From the IMG/VR virus record IMGVR_UViG_3300037067_003400, positions 128,001 to 192,000 of that record: DNA of 64,000 nucleotides. One strand, given 5' to 3'. A program made the position numbers and the translations under genes. Source of the DNA: a virus. Its lineage: Duplodnaviria > Caudoviricetes. Below, piece after piece: positions 1 to 9,926 of this stretch (position 1 is the first letter of the stretch; each line of letters opens with the position of its first letter). The notes beneath the pieces were generated by a model. The model was not told the origin of the DNA, searched no databases, and was given only the letters and a program-made list of their open reading frames with translations.

Positions 1-460
1 ATCCATTTATGTGTGTCTTTTCTAATTTAATAAACTCTCTTCTGGTTTCAAAATAATCTTCTGGGATAGATTCCCTCTCGAGTTTTAAGTCATTCCTTAT
101 TTTAATCCAGTCCTGTATCTTAATAGCATAAGCAACAACATCTCTTTTTAATACCAGTCGCTTCTTCTTAGTTTTCCTATTGATAGTAGCTACTTTTTTG
201 CTCCTGAAAGAAATAACTACGTAAGCTTTTCCTCCTTCTTTACTACATCTTAGTAACCCCTCCTGTTGATGATCTACTAATCTATCAAAAGGAAAAGAGC
301 TTAATAGCTTTGTGCTCTTTGCTTCAAATGCATAGTATGTTCCATTTACTAAAGCCCAAAAATCATATGGTTGCCTATGTCTTATTACTGCAAGCTTACC
401 ACCATGCCAATCTAAGGCAGTAAATGCATTTGTTATTTCATTTTCTAAGTAGTTTGCCAT
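1..460 (-). CDS. recU: RecU-like Holliday junction resolvase (3' end runs off the window)
   Basis: Manual translation, absent from the ORF track: MANYLENEITNAF...QPYDFWALVNGTYYAFEAKSTKLLSSFPFDRLVDHQQEGL...GGKAYVVISF. Matches the RecU D...FEAK.T...SFP...HQ pattern. Confidence 0.8.
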   Translation of the reverse strand, partial: MANYLENEITNAFTALDWHGGKLAVIRHRQPYDFWALVNGTYYAFEAKSTKLLSSFPFDRLVDHQQEGLLRCSKEGGKAYVVISFRSKKVATINRKTKKKRLVLKRDVVAYAIKIQDWIKIRNDLKLERESIPEDYFETRREFIKLEKTHING

Positions 461-468
461 ATTATCTT

Positions 469-636
469 CTATTCATCTATTATTAATTCTTTGTTACATT
501 TTATGCAGGTATATATTTTTTTAGTTTCTAATATTTCTAGGTTATGTTTAGTCTTCTTAGATTTCTGTATGGTAGCCACTTCTTTTACTTCGAAGTTATC
601 TGGAGGTTTAAGCCCACACCCTGGGCAAGATATCAT
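469..636 (-). CDS. small zinc-ribbon protein (55 aa)
   Basis: Manual translation MISCPGCG...YTCIKCNKELIIDE; two CxxC pairs; fills the intergenic gap. Confidence 0.6.
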   Translation of the reverse strand: MISCPGCGLKPPDNFEVKEVATIQKSKKTKHNLEILETKKIYTCIKCNKELIIDE

Positions 637-677
637 ATTTGTATCCCCATAGTTTGTATTTATCCTCCATCATATTA

Positions 678-684
678 ATTATAC
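678..684 (-). promoter_or_regulatory. putative promoter -10 motif (GTATAAT)
   Basis: TGGTATAATTAATATG on the minus strand; the same motif recurs in several other intergenic gaps. Confidence 0.5.
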
Positions 685-698
685 CATATTTGTAAATA

Positions 699-1415
699 TT
701 ATTCCATTCTTTTCGTTCCCAGTTCTTTTTCTTTGCCATGTCTTATATAATCTGTATACATATTGTCATGAAATACGAAGACATCTGTGGTATAATCTAC
801 TGGTTCTATAGGCCCTGCTACTTTAATGAGTCTCCTAAAGTAATCAGCATCTTTTGCAACAGCTAACTCTCTATCTTCAGCGGTAGGAAACTCTGTATCC
901 CAGAGCCCTACTATATTAACAAGATACCTTCTATGCATTATCTGGTTATGATCTAACCAACAGAATGGGTCTGATACTGTACCATAGTTTCCTCTGAAGT
1001 TTACCCCATACCAAGGGGGGCTATTTATAATTTGTTGGTTGCCATAGCAAATACCTATTTCTGGGTTTCTGTCTAAATAGTTAGACATTACTTCAAGCTT
1101 TATATTTCTATAGTAGCAATCATCAGTTAAGTATGTAATGTAATTACTATACCCCTCCACTAAAGCTATATTTATCATATCTGCATAGCGCACTTTTAAA
1201 AGTCTTTCCTCTAATGTAGTGGTAGATATAATTAATTTAATTCTGTCATCAGAATTTGCAAACTTATGTAGGATCTCTTGTGTTTCATCATCACTATTGT
1301 CATCCATTATCCATAAAGTAAAGTCTTCCATAGTTTGTGTTAGTACTGACTTAATAGCTTTTGTAACCATCTTAGGTCTATTGTAACTTGTTAATATTAC
1401 ATCTACTTTACTCAT
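699..1415 (-). CDS. GT2-family glycosyltransferase
   Basis: VILTSYNR...IMDDNSDD...YLTDD GT-A motifs. Confidence 0.85.
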   Translation of the reverse strand: MSKVDVILTSYNRPKMVTKAIKSVLTQTMEDFTLWIMDDNSDDETQEILHKFANSDDRIKLIISTTTLEERLLKVRYADMINIALVEGYSNYITYLTDDCYYRNIKLEVMSNYLDRNPEIGICYGNQQIINSPPWYGVNFRGNYGTVSDPFCWLDHNQIMHRRYLVNIVGLWDTEFPTAEDRELAVAKDADYFRRLIKVAGPIEPVDYTTDVFVFHDNMYTDYIRHGKEKELGTKRME

Positions 1416-2373
1416 TATATACTACCTCACTTCTTATATCACTAAATTTAAAAGGTATCCTTACCCACGGGCTTAGTACACTATCTATTATATCCAAATA
1501 CTTAGGACTTGTAAACACTAAGAAGCTACCACCACACCCACCACCTAATAACTTTCCACCTAAAGCTCCTACTTTCTTTATCATAGTATACTTTTCATCT
1601 ATTTCTGGGAGTGTTATTTCCGAACTTACTTTCTTTTTAGCTGCCCAAGTTTTATCAAGCAAATAACCTACTCGGTCTATCTTATTATTCCAGATAGCTT
1701 CTTTAGCTTCAAGTGCTATCTCTTGTATATCTGTTACATATGTATTATCACACAGACTATTACTATATTGTTTAACTATATCACAAGAATTTCTTTGGAT
1801 ACCTGTATAGTATAGGTGTAGTTTTGATTCTAATTCTTCAACTCCAAAGTATCTTTCTCTTTTGTAACTTCCATCTGTATTTATATCTATAAAGTTTAAT
1901 CCTGAATTAGCTGCAAAGATTTGGTCTTGTATTCCACCAGGTTCTTTTAGTATATGTCGTTCTATCTCTATAGCTTCTTTTACTAATTGCTGAGTCATTA
2001 TAAAGTATTGTCTTTTATACCAGTGTAACGCATTTAGTAAACCTACTACAAAAGAAGAACTTGAACCTAACCCAGATCGGGACGGAAGATCCCCAGAATA
2101 AACTATTTCTAATCTATCAGTGATGCCTAAGTATTCTAAACATGCTTTTATAGCTGGGTGCTCTATATCGTCTACATTATCTACAAGTTCTATGTTTCTG
2201 TATGCTACTCTATAATTATTATTAAAAGCTTTGTTATAGGGTTTCACCATTATATAGCAGTAGTGGTTAATAGCTCCCCCTAATACGCATCCTCCATTTT
2301 TTTCGTACCAGTTTTCATAGTCTGTACATCCACCAAATAAGGATACTCTATAGGGAGTCTTACTTATTAACAT
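1408..2373 (-). CDS. hddA: GHMP kinase, D-glycero-alpha-D-manno-heptose 7-phosphate kinase (HddA)-like
   Basis: KTPYRVSLFGGCTD, PSRSGLGSSS, GIQDQ, GGKLLGGGCGG motifs. Confidence 0.8.
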   Translation of the reverse strand: MLISKTPYRVSLFGGCTDYENWYEKNGGCVLGGAINHYCYIMVKPYNKAFNNNYRVAYRNIELVDNVDDIEHPAIKACLEYLGITDRLEIVYSGDLPSRSGLGSSSSFVVGLLNALHWYKRQYFIMTQQLVKEAIEIERHILKEPGGIQDQIFAANSGLNFIDINTDGSYKRERYFGVEELESKLHLYYTGIQRNSCDIVKQYSNSLCDNTYVTDIQEIALEAKEAIWNNKIDRVGYLLDKTWAAKKKVSSEITLPEIDEKYTMIKKVGALGGKLLGGGCGGSFLVFTSPKYLDIIDSVLSPWVRIPFKFSDIRSEVVYNE

Positions 2374-3035
2374 AATAACTTTTGTGCCTCTCTATAAGAG
2401 TCTGGAGTGCCTATATCAATAAAGGATTCTTGACTATGATACCCATGTAAACATTTGCCAGCATTTATATAAGCAGGGAATATATCTCTTTCTAAAGAAG
2501 ATCTACCATCTGGTATAAAAGAAATGAACTCTGTATTAAGTATATAGATTCCAGCACTTATCCATCTTGATATTGGATTCTTCTCTACAAACTGAACTAT
2601 TCTATTTATATCAAGCACTACAGAACCATATCTACTTTCATCTTTAGCTTGTGTTAGTAGCATGGAACAACTATACTTTTTTCCCCAGTCCACATATTCT
2701 ATCAGGTTACCAAAATAGAAGGTATCCCCATTCATTACAATGAACTTATCATCTGTAATAAATTGTGCTGCATTCTTAACAGCTCCACCAGTTCCTAATG
2801 TCTCTTCTTCTACTATTACTTCTACCCCTGGGATATCTATAACCTGTCTACTTATTTCGTCGGCAAGGTACCCAGCTGCTACTACTATTTTTTCTATACC
2901 TATTTTTAATAGCTCATCTATATTACGCTGTAATACAGACCTTCCAGCTATAACAGTAGCACACTTCTGATGCTTCCCTATTGTTGGTTGAAGTCTCACG
3001 CCAGAACCACCAGCTAATATAATTGCTTGTTTCAT
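2367..3035 (-). CDS. hddC: sugar-1-phosphate nucleotidyltransferase, HddC (heptose-1-P guanylyltransferase)-like
   Basis: AIILAGGSGVRL, EEETLGTGGA, VMNGDT, SLERDIFP, FIDIGTP; adjacent to the HddA-like kinase. Confidence 0.7.
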   Translation of the reverse strand: MKQAIILAGGSGVRLQPTIGKHQKCATVIAGRSVLQRNIDELLKIGIEKIVVAAGYLADEISRQVIDIPGVEVIVEEETLGTGGAVKNAAQFITDDKFIVMNGDTFYFGNLIEYVDWGKKYSCSMLLTQAKDESRYGSVVLDINRIVQFVEKNPISRWISAGIYILNTEFISFIPDGRSSLERDIFPAYINAGKCLHGYHSQESFIDIGTPDSYREAQKLLC

Positions 3036-4129
3036 AATTCGAACCTTTCGAAGAATTTATTTAGTAGTACCTCCGAGGTTAGTTTTTCTTTTACTACATC
3101 TAAGGCATTAGCTGCTAAAGTATTTCTATAGTCTTGGTTATCTAATAGAGTAATACATTTTCTTACTTCTGTTGTATCTCCACTTATGATATGCGGGGGG
3201 TTATCATTATAAAGTAGTATATTTTTTTCATGTGTAAATGTAGCATTAGCCTCTGGTCTATCTGGAACTACCCAAGCTACTACAGGTACACCAGCAATCA
3301 TACTTTCTACTACTCTACTTGTATATCCTAAGAATGTAGATGGTAACCCAAGTACAGCTTTATACTGCCTCATCTCATTCATTAATACAGCTTCTACCCC
3401 AAGACGTATATCTCTATTTTCATCTATGTAGTTTCTCATTATTTTATTAGACATACTATTTGTTATGAATGCTCTACAAGTATTAGTTGCTAATCTATCG
3501 AATTGCTCTGGGAGAGTTGTTTTGTTCTCTGCTGGCTCTGGTATCTCAACTAAGTCCTTTAGTTGCTGTAACATAGAAGCTCTTCGTTGATACTGCTTTC
3601 CAAAGAACAAGCATTTATTTATTTTGTATGGCTTTATTTCTTTTACTAAAAACTTTTCTGGCATGTTGCAAGGAAACCACATAGTATTATTTATATTATG
3701 TGTTCCTAAAAGTTTTATATCATACTCATCTAATGGTAGTACATGTGTAATAAAGTTTAGTTTTCTTAATATATGCTCCATAGATAAACCATAGCATTGT
3801 GATGTAGTCATTGATTCTATCAAGTATGCTACACGTACTGGTATTAGGTCTGCTAATCCAGCTAATATTTGCTCACTTGCTCTTGCATGCATTAGTTCTA
3901 TAAACATCATATCAAACTTTATATCTTTATATAAATAGTTTACCCCATACACTACCCATTGATCTGGATTTATAGTACCATCTCCTTGGACTACTATAGT
4001 ATATACATTGTGCCCAAGTGCTTTTAGCCCGTCCTCTATAGCCCAGTTAGCAGTATAGGCTAATGGTCTCGACTGGTCCCATGTTGGTCTCTCAGTTATA
4101 ATAAGTAACACATTCTTAGAAGTTCCCAC
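3032..4129 (-). CDS. GT-B fold glycosyltransferase (CgeB/Glyco_trans_1_2-like)
   Basis: LKALGHNV N-terminus; SRVVESMIAGVPVV; C-terminal RNTLAANA helix. Confidence 0.65.
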   Translation of the reverse strand: MGTSKNVLLIITERPTWDQSRPLAYTANWAIEDGLKALGHNVYTIVVQGDGTINPDQWVVYGVNYLYKDIKFDMMFIELMHARASEQILAGLADLIPVRVAYLIESMTTSQCYGLSMEHILRKLNFITHVLPLDEYDIKLLGTHNINNTMWFPCNMPEKFLVKEIKPYKINKCLFFGKQYQRRASMLQQLKDLVEIPEPAENKTTLPEQFDRLATNTCRAFITNSMSNKIMRNYIDENRDIRLGVEAVLMNEMRQYKAVLGLPSTFLGYTSRVVESMIAGVPVVAWVVPDRPEANATFTHEKNILLYNDNPPHIISGDTTEVRKCITLLDNQDYRNTLAANALDVVKEKLTSEVLLNKFFERFEL

Positions 4130-5045
4130 GGTGCTCCTCTCCTATTATAGAATAAGCAGTGATAAGTTCTTCTATTCCAGTATCTAAACTACGTTGTGCC
4201 TTGAATCCTTTGTTAGCTAACTTAGTAGAAGATACAATATAATTCCTTTTATCTGGGTCTCTCTTTTCTGTGTTAGTAGTTATCTTAAATGATGGTATGT
4301 GTTCTTTTACTTTGTAGGCAAGGTCTATCTTTGACATATTTATATCATCATTACCCAGGTTGTATACATTATTTTTTACAATGTCATAATTATTTATGCA
4401 GTAGCTAAAACAATCTGCTACATCCTGGATATGTACATAGTTTCTCATGAAGTGCCCTTCGAATATATCAACACCTTTATTAAAGACTGCTTTCCTTACG
4501 AAGTCATTAACTAATAAATCTGTTCTCATTCTCTGGGATACTCCAAATACTGTAGCAAGTCTTAGTACTACACAATTTGTACATTCTACTATAGCATATT
4601 CTGCACACATTTTTGTTTTACCATAGTGCGTAATTGGTTCTAAGCAAGTTTCTTCTGTACATAGTAAACTTCCATCTGTATTTCCGTAACCGCTATTAGT
4701 GTTAGGGAATATAAGCAGCTGGTCTTTACTTTTAATAGATACTATATTTTCTATTACCTTTGAATTTACTATATGAGCTTCGTCTTTGTGTTTGTCACAT
4801 ATTCCTGCACCTACGTATGCTGCTAATGGTATAATCACATCTGATTGTTCTACTAATTTGTCTAAAGTATTATCTACTACTGACATCTTAGCAAAGGCAA
4901 AGCTCTCTCTACCACATAAATGAAGTAAACTATCCTGATTGTAAAGTAGGTTGTCTACTACAGTTACATAGTGCCCCTCATCTAATAATGTTCGTGTTAG
5001 TACCGAGCCTATATAGCCAGCCCCCCCAGTTATAAGTACTCGCAT
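4116..5045 (-). CDS. NAD-dependent nucleotide-sugar epimerase/dehydratase/reductase (extended SDR)
   Basis: TGGAGYIG, YGKTK, LRLATVFG, RNYVHIQDV. Confidence 0.9.
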   Translation of the reverse strand: MRVLITGGAGYIGSVLTRTLLDEGHYVTVVDNLLYNQDSLLHLCGRESFAFAKMSVVDNTLDKLVEQSDVIIPLAAYVGAGICDKHKDEAHIVNSKVIENIVSIKSKDQLLIFPNTNSGYGNTDGSLLCTEETCLEPITHYGKTKMCAEYAIVECTNCVVLRLATVFGVSQRMRTDLLVNDFVRKAVFNKGVDIFEGHFMRNYVHIQDVADCFSYCINNYDIVKNNVYNLGNDDINMSKIDLAYKVKEHIPSFKITTNTEKRDPDKRNYIVSSTKLANKGFKAQRSLDTGIEELITAYSIIGEEHRGNF

Positions 5046-5401
5046 AGTCCAACGTTCCTTTCAGGAGAAATAGCAATAGCCATATCCTCAGTACCATCTG
5101 GTTTCTTATCATTAACTACTATCCTTGGTCCTCTGGGTAGTCCCATTATAAGCATGTCGTATTGAATATGATGGTCTGATAGTAATTGTACAGTTTTCTC
5201 TCTATCAGATTCTTTCCTACCAGTAGTTATTATAATCTTGTAGTTTAATAGGGCATATTTTTCTATGAATTCTCTGACTCCATTTAATAGCCATATTGGT
5301 ACAACATTCTTTGGTGTACCATGTACTTGCCATTCATAGTTACCTGTATGATACAGTAATGTGCCATCTATATCTAAGAATAAAGTTCCTGGATGTTCCA
5401 T
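5030..5401 (-). CDS. small capless HAD-family phosphatase
   Basis: FLDIDGT, IITTGR motifs. Confidence 0.75.
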   Translation of the reverse strand: MEHPGTLFLDIDGTLLYHTGNYEWQVHGTPKNVVPIWLLNGVREFIEKYALLNYKIIITTGRKESDREKTVQLLSDHHIQYDMLIMGLPRGPRIVVNDKKPDGTEDMAIAISPERNVGLCEYL

Positions 5402-6135
5402 TATGTCCTCCTGTTAATTTCTGCTTCTACTGCAGTCCTTAACTTTATTATATCGTTAATTCTATTTTCTGTATACCATTTATAGTAAGCATCTTGCTGG
5501 TCGTTGTATACTTTATTTTGATGATAGTGAGTTGGGTCTCCCCAATGCCTCTTGTATGTTTCATCAAACTCTGATTTATTAGAAGTAGATGCTATAAAAT
5601 GATTATGATTAATTATTACATCTGGTACGTATATGTATAGTCCTAATGGTTCTGTAATATCTTTTAGTATATGATCTTGGAATAGGTGCATTACATCTGG
5701 GTTATGTATCCATCCTATTGTCTTTATAAATCTATAACCAACCATTGGAACTACACAAAGATAATTCCCATGGTATCCGTCACTTGGAAACACTACCCCC
5801 CAGTAACCTATCTCCTTCATAGCATCAAGTAAAATAGTATCCCAGTTTTTAGTTAGTATAGCGTTGTCGTCTGCCAATAAAGTAAAGGCTACATATTTAT
5901 TTATATTTTTATGACATACTTCATTCATCATTACTGGAACTGTTTTATTATCAAAGACTTCATAAGTTACTTTTGTTTTATCAAGAACTTCTTTGTAGTT
6001 GTCTACATCATCACTATCTAATAGAACTACTATATCAGTCATATCTGAAGTAGTTTCCTTTATGTTATTAAGAAGTTCTTCTAACTTATTGGGCCTTCCT
6101 CTTGATGGTATTAAAGCTAATATTTTTTCTTCCAT
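5401..6135 (-). CDS. GT2-like glycosyltransferase
   Basis: LIPSRGRP, LLDSDD, LLADD motifs. Confidence 0.75.
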   Translation of the reverse strand: MEEKILALIPSRGRPNKLEELLNNIKETTSDMTDIVVLLDSDDVDNYKEVLDKTKVTYEVFDNKTVPVMMNEVCHKNINKYVAFTLLADDNAILTKNWDTILLDAMKEIGYWGVVFPSDGYHGNYLCVVPMVGYRFIKTIGWIHNPDVMHLFQDHILKDITEPLGLYIYVPDVIINHNHFIASTSNKSEFDETYKRHWGDPTHYHQNKVYNDQQDAYYKWYTENRINDIIKLRTAVEAEINRRT

Positions 6136-7292
6136 TATATAGCACTCAACTTAATAGCAAGGTCTACTATCTTTTCTGCTTCTAATCCTGGGTAGTTGCC
6201 AATGTAGAAGCCATACTTATGCACGTGCTCCACGTTCTTATACTCCCAGTACTTGAATTTATATTCTGACAGGTAAGGTTGTCTTAGTTGGTTACCACCA
6301 CCAGACATACCACGTCTATATTCTATACCTTCATCTTGTAGTAGCTTAATTGTTTTAGCGAGTAGTTCATCATTAGGTTCCCTTAATAGTAAAGTAAAAG
6401 CATAATTAGAGCAACCTTCTAATTTATAATCAGTGTAGAACTTATCTGAGTTTAAGTTATCTAAGAATAGTTTAAGATTCTTATTTCTAAGCTTTATGTT
6501 CTTATCTAAGTATTGTAATTGTGAAAGTCCTAAGATAGCATTGAGTTCAGTTGATCTCATGTTATATCCAGTAACTGGAAATATAAATTCAGGATGTAAC
6601 TCTGGGAAATCTTTTTCGTAAGCTGCCTTGAGACTATCAGATGTACTTTCACGTAGCATACCATGAGATCGAAGCATTCTTGCTGCATCAATGATAATTG
6701 GCTCCCTTGAAGATATCATACCGCCCTCTATTGTGCTCATATGATGCGCAAAGTAGAAAGAAAAGTTAGATACACTTCCAAAGGTTCCTACTTTCTTTCC
6801 ATTCATAGTAGCACCATGACTCTCACAAACATCTTCAACTAAATAGGTATCTATCTTATCTAAGAACCAAGGCTCTAATGCATTGTATCCTAAAATATGT
6901 GTCAAGAGTATGGCTATTGTGTCATTAGTTTGTGCAGCTATTACTTTGTGTAAATCTAAACCAAGTGTAGTAAGGTCTATGTCTACAAAGATGGGCGTAA
7001 ACCCATTACGTATTACAGATGTAACATCGGATACCCAATTCAAAGGAGAGAGTATTACTTCTCCACCTTTTGGGTAAGCTTCTCGTAGTATGCTAAACGT
7101 AATCATATTAGCTGAAGCTCCAGAGTTAACCATTACATTATAGGGTGTGCCTAACCAATTACCCCAAGCCCCTTCAAACTCTTTTACTTTAGGACCATTA
7201 GTGAGTCTAGGGTCTTCCTGCTTTAGATATTTGATTAAAGTATTAATATCTTTTCTTGTTATGTTACTTCTCATTAATGGCCACGTTAGCAT
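6135..7292 (-). CDS. PLP/PMP-dependent DegT-family enzyme, ColD-like NDP-4-keto-6-deoxysugar C3-dehydratase
   Basis: VNSGASAN, EDVCESHGA, SFYFAHHMSTIEGG (His in place of the catalytic Lys), GYNMR; lacks the E1 GRDCxC iron-sulfur motif. Confidence 0.75.
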   Translation of the reverse strand: MLTWPLMRSNITRKDINTLIKYLKQEDPRLTNGPKVKEFEGAWGNWLGTPYNVMVNSGASANMITFSILREAYPKGGEVILSPLNWVSDVTSVIRNGFTPIFVDIDLTTLGLDLHKVIAAQTNDTIAILLTHILGYNALEPWFLDKIDTYLVEDVCESHGATMNGKKVGTFGSVSNFSFYFAHHMSTIEGGMISSREPIIIDAARMLRSHGMLRESTSDSLKAAYEKDFPELHPEFIFPVTGYNMRSTELNAILGLSQLQYLDKNIKLRNKNLKLFLDNLNSDKFYTDYKLEGCSNYAFTLLLREPNDELLAKTIKLLQDEGIEYRRGMSGGGNQLRQPYLSEYKFKYWEYKNVEHVHKYGFYIGNYPGLEAEKIVDLAIKLSAI

Positions 7293-8002
7293 GTGACAAA
7301 CTCCTTACTTTTAACATTGCCTGTGTCAACCCAATTTGGAAAAGCTCGTGTATATATAGGTATATTCATATGCTCATAGATATCAGTATCGCATGGAGAT
7401 ACTATATTACTTTTTAGTAATTGTTCTGTAGCTTTCCAGAAGGTAGTATAATCATGTATATATGATAGAGCTATATAAGTATCCATATGAGAGTTAACAC
7501 AAGGGTATGTTTTGCTTAGTATTTGTTGTAATAATCCTTTATCATCCTTTATTACTTTAGAGTAGTTACAGTCTACCTCTACATTACATATCCCTATCCA
7601 ATTACGATATACACTTTCTCCTTCGAGAAGAAGTTCTGGTATAACATGTTTGTTAGGAAGTGTATCACAAGAGTTAAAGAAAAAGGGGCATTGTAATTTA
7701 TCTTTAGCACAATTAAGGCTATATGCTAACCCAGACCCCACATCATTATAATTATCTACTTCTACAAATGTAATATCTCTATGTGCATAATTTTTTAGTA
7801 AATAAGTTTTTACTTGGCTACCACACCATCCTAATGTAATTACTATAGAAGTATCTTTATTATAACTGTCTATTATAGAATCTATTATTATTTTTCCATT
7901 TACTTTTAATAAAGCTTTATTGGTAGATTTTGTTAGTTCACCTAATCTACTTCCTATTCCAGATGTTGGTATTAGTAATTTATAATTCATAGTAATTACC
8001 AT
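7286..8002 (-). CDS. nucleotidyltransferase (LicC/NTP_transferase-like)
   Basis: IPTSGIGSRL...NKALLKV, WVDTGN. Confidence 0.75.
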   Translation of the reverse strand: MVITMNYKLLIPTSGIGSRLGELTKSTNKALLKVNGKIIIDSIIDSYNKDTSIVITLGWCGSQVKTYLLKNYAHRDITFVEVDNYNDVGSGLAYSLNCAKDKLQCPFFFNSCDTLPNKHVIPELLLEGESVYRNWIGICNVEVDCNYSKVIKDDKGLLQQILSKTYPCVNSHMDTYIALSYIHDYTTFWKATEQLLKSNIVSPCDTDIYEHMNIPIYTRAFPNWVDTGNVKSKEFVTC

Positions 8003-9024
8003 CCATGTGTTAGTCTATCTATTGTTACTTCTAAACTATTGTTTGCTTTGTTAGCATTTAAAATACTTGCTGTTTCAATAGCTTTAGTTATTGTAGCAAT
8101 AACTTCTTGCTTATCTACTATATTAGGTATGGAAAACATACTTTCATTAGTTACTCCTCCGCCAATGTGACTAAAGAATATAGACATATCTAAATCTGAT
8201 GCCATCTTTATAAGATCTTCTACTTGTTTATAAGTAGACTTCATTATAATAGAATTTATATTAAGTCTCCAGTTAGGATGTAGCTTTGCAGTTTCACTTA
8301 ACACTTTTAAATTCGAGTACAATTTATCCCAGGAAAAATGTCTTATGCTTTCATAAGTTTCTTTCATACCATCTACTCTTACAGTAATGAATAGGTTATC
8401 TATCTTTTCAAGTGTTTCTAAATTTTCTGGGATAAGAGTTCCGTTAGTTGTTAAATAGATACATGTTCCTTTAGTGTCTTCTTCGGAGACTAACTTTAAT
8501 AAGTCTTTACCATCAGGACTTACAAAAGATTCTCCACCTATAAAACCGAAGCGGTCTAATTTTTCCCAGCCTATTTCATGTACTACATTAATTATGTTTT
8601 CCACAGGAAATAGCTTTGTTGCTCTTCTATCCCTTGGGCACATCTTACAAGATAGATTACATATCTCAGAATGTGCTACATACAATTCTATAGGAGGGTG
8701 TTTTAATGTTACCATACCATACTGATATTCTTTATTGACAGTGTTAAAATACTCTATTGTTTCTTGTGTCTTGTTAATAGAGAATAGTGGTATGTTTTCT
8801 CCAATACCTAATATGTCATGATGATTATTATATTTTTGGTTTGGGCAGTTAGAACATTTATTTAGTCTTAGGTTCTTATATGTAGGCCCATTCCAAATTC
8901 TCATTACTTCTTCTAATGATTTTGGTGTAAGTCCAAATTGTATATTGGAATGGTAGCAACAAGGGCCACCTGTATTATTAATAGTCATGGATAATGTAGT
9001 CCATGGAAAAGAACAACTTATCAT
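7996..9024 (-). CDS. radical SAM protein with N-terminal SPASM/twitch-like Cys module
   Basis: CNLSCKMC, GGE, TTNGT; N-terminal CSFPW..PCC..WNG..CSNC. Confidence 0.85.
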   Translation of the reverse strand: MISCSFPWTTLSMTINNTGGPCCYHSNIQFGLTPKSLEEVMRIWNGPTYKNLRLNKCSNCPNQKYNNHHDILGIGENIPLFSINKTQETIEYFNTVNKEYQYGMVTLKHPPIELYVAHSEICNLSCKMCPRDRRATKLFPVENIINVVHEIGWEKLDRFGFIGGESFVSPDGKDLLKLVSEEDTKGTCIYLTTNGTLIPENLETLEKIDNLFITVRVDGMKETYESIRHFSWDKLYSNLKVLSETAKLHPNWRLNINSIIMKSTYKQVEDLIKMASDLDMSIFFSHIGGGVTNESMFSIPNIVDKQEVIATITKAIETASILNANKANNSLEVTIDRLTHGW

Positions 9025-9923
9025 TTTATATCCTTTAGTTTATTTTCTATATCATTCCAAAATGTATTAGGTGATGCAATAGCTGGTAGTTTTGTGTATC
9101 CATTTTTTTGTATTGTAGTTAGTAAGGTGCTATCATTTACATATGTAACAAGTTCATTAATATTATTAAATGCTATATAATCTACCATTGGTTTTAGAAA
9201 CTTCTCAGTAAAACTACATTGAGGTTCTGCCAATACTGTACCGCACATTAGTACTTCTGATACCCTACCTTTCCTATGTGGTATGTTATCGCATGCCCAT
9301 GGAAAGTTTAAAGCTATCTTTGATCTTTGTAGTATATTAGCATAGGTTTCTATTGGCTTTAGCCCATCTCTTTTTCTATCTGATATTAATACGTTTAAGT
9401 TGTTATCTAAGTTTTTTAAAATACTAAACCTATCTTCTCGTATACTTCCTACAAAACTTATATCTATATCTTTTTCAACATTTATAGGTTGAAAATATTG
9501 TTGTGAGTGTGGGTGTGTTGTAAATAATACTCTACCCGGTTTCTTAGCTATTTTCTCATAATCAGGGTTATCCATTACTATTACACAATCACATAAGCTT
9601 TCTAACATTTTTGCTTGTTTTATATTTTCATCTGAAATAGAATCCCATACTATTCCAAAGGTTGGTATACCATAATTTTTTCTTACTCTTACTATATTTA
9701 CTGGTTTATATGGGTAGTGTGAGTACACTATCGTATCTGGTTTAAAATTTTCACAGGCCTCATTAATTTTTGTTATATAATCTTCTGCTTCATCATAAAA
9801 TATAGTATGTATTTCCAAGCCAGCTACAGTAGTGGCTGGTTGATAGATAGCTAAGTATGGTGTGGATAGCATACTATTTCTATTACAGTCTGTATATTTA
9901 TCTAATATTAATAAGGCCTTCAT
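9021..9923 (-). CDS. CgeB/Glyco_trans_1_2-like glycosyltransferase
   Basis: KDIDISFVGS, SKIALNF, KGRVSEVLMCG. Confidence 0.75.
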   Translation of the reverse strand: MKALLILDKYTDCNRNSMLSTPYLAIYQPATTVAGLEIHTIFYDEAEDYITKINEACENFKPDTIVYSHYPYKPVNIVRVRKNYGIPTFGIVWDSISDENIKQAKMLESLCDCVIVMDNPDYEKIAKKPGRVLFTTHPHSQQYFQPINVEKDIDISFVGSIREDRFSILKNLDNNLNVLISDRKRDGLKPIETYANILQRSKIALNFPWACDNIPHRKGRVSEVLMCGTVLAEPQCSFTEKFLKPMVDYIAFNNINELVTYVNDSTLLTTIQKNGYTKLPAIASPNTFWNDIENKLKDIK

Positions 9924-9926
9924 ATA

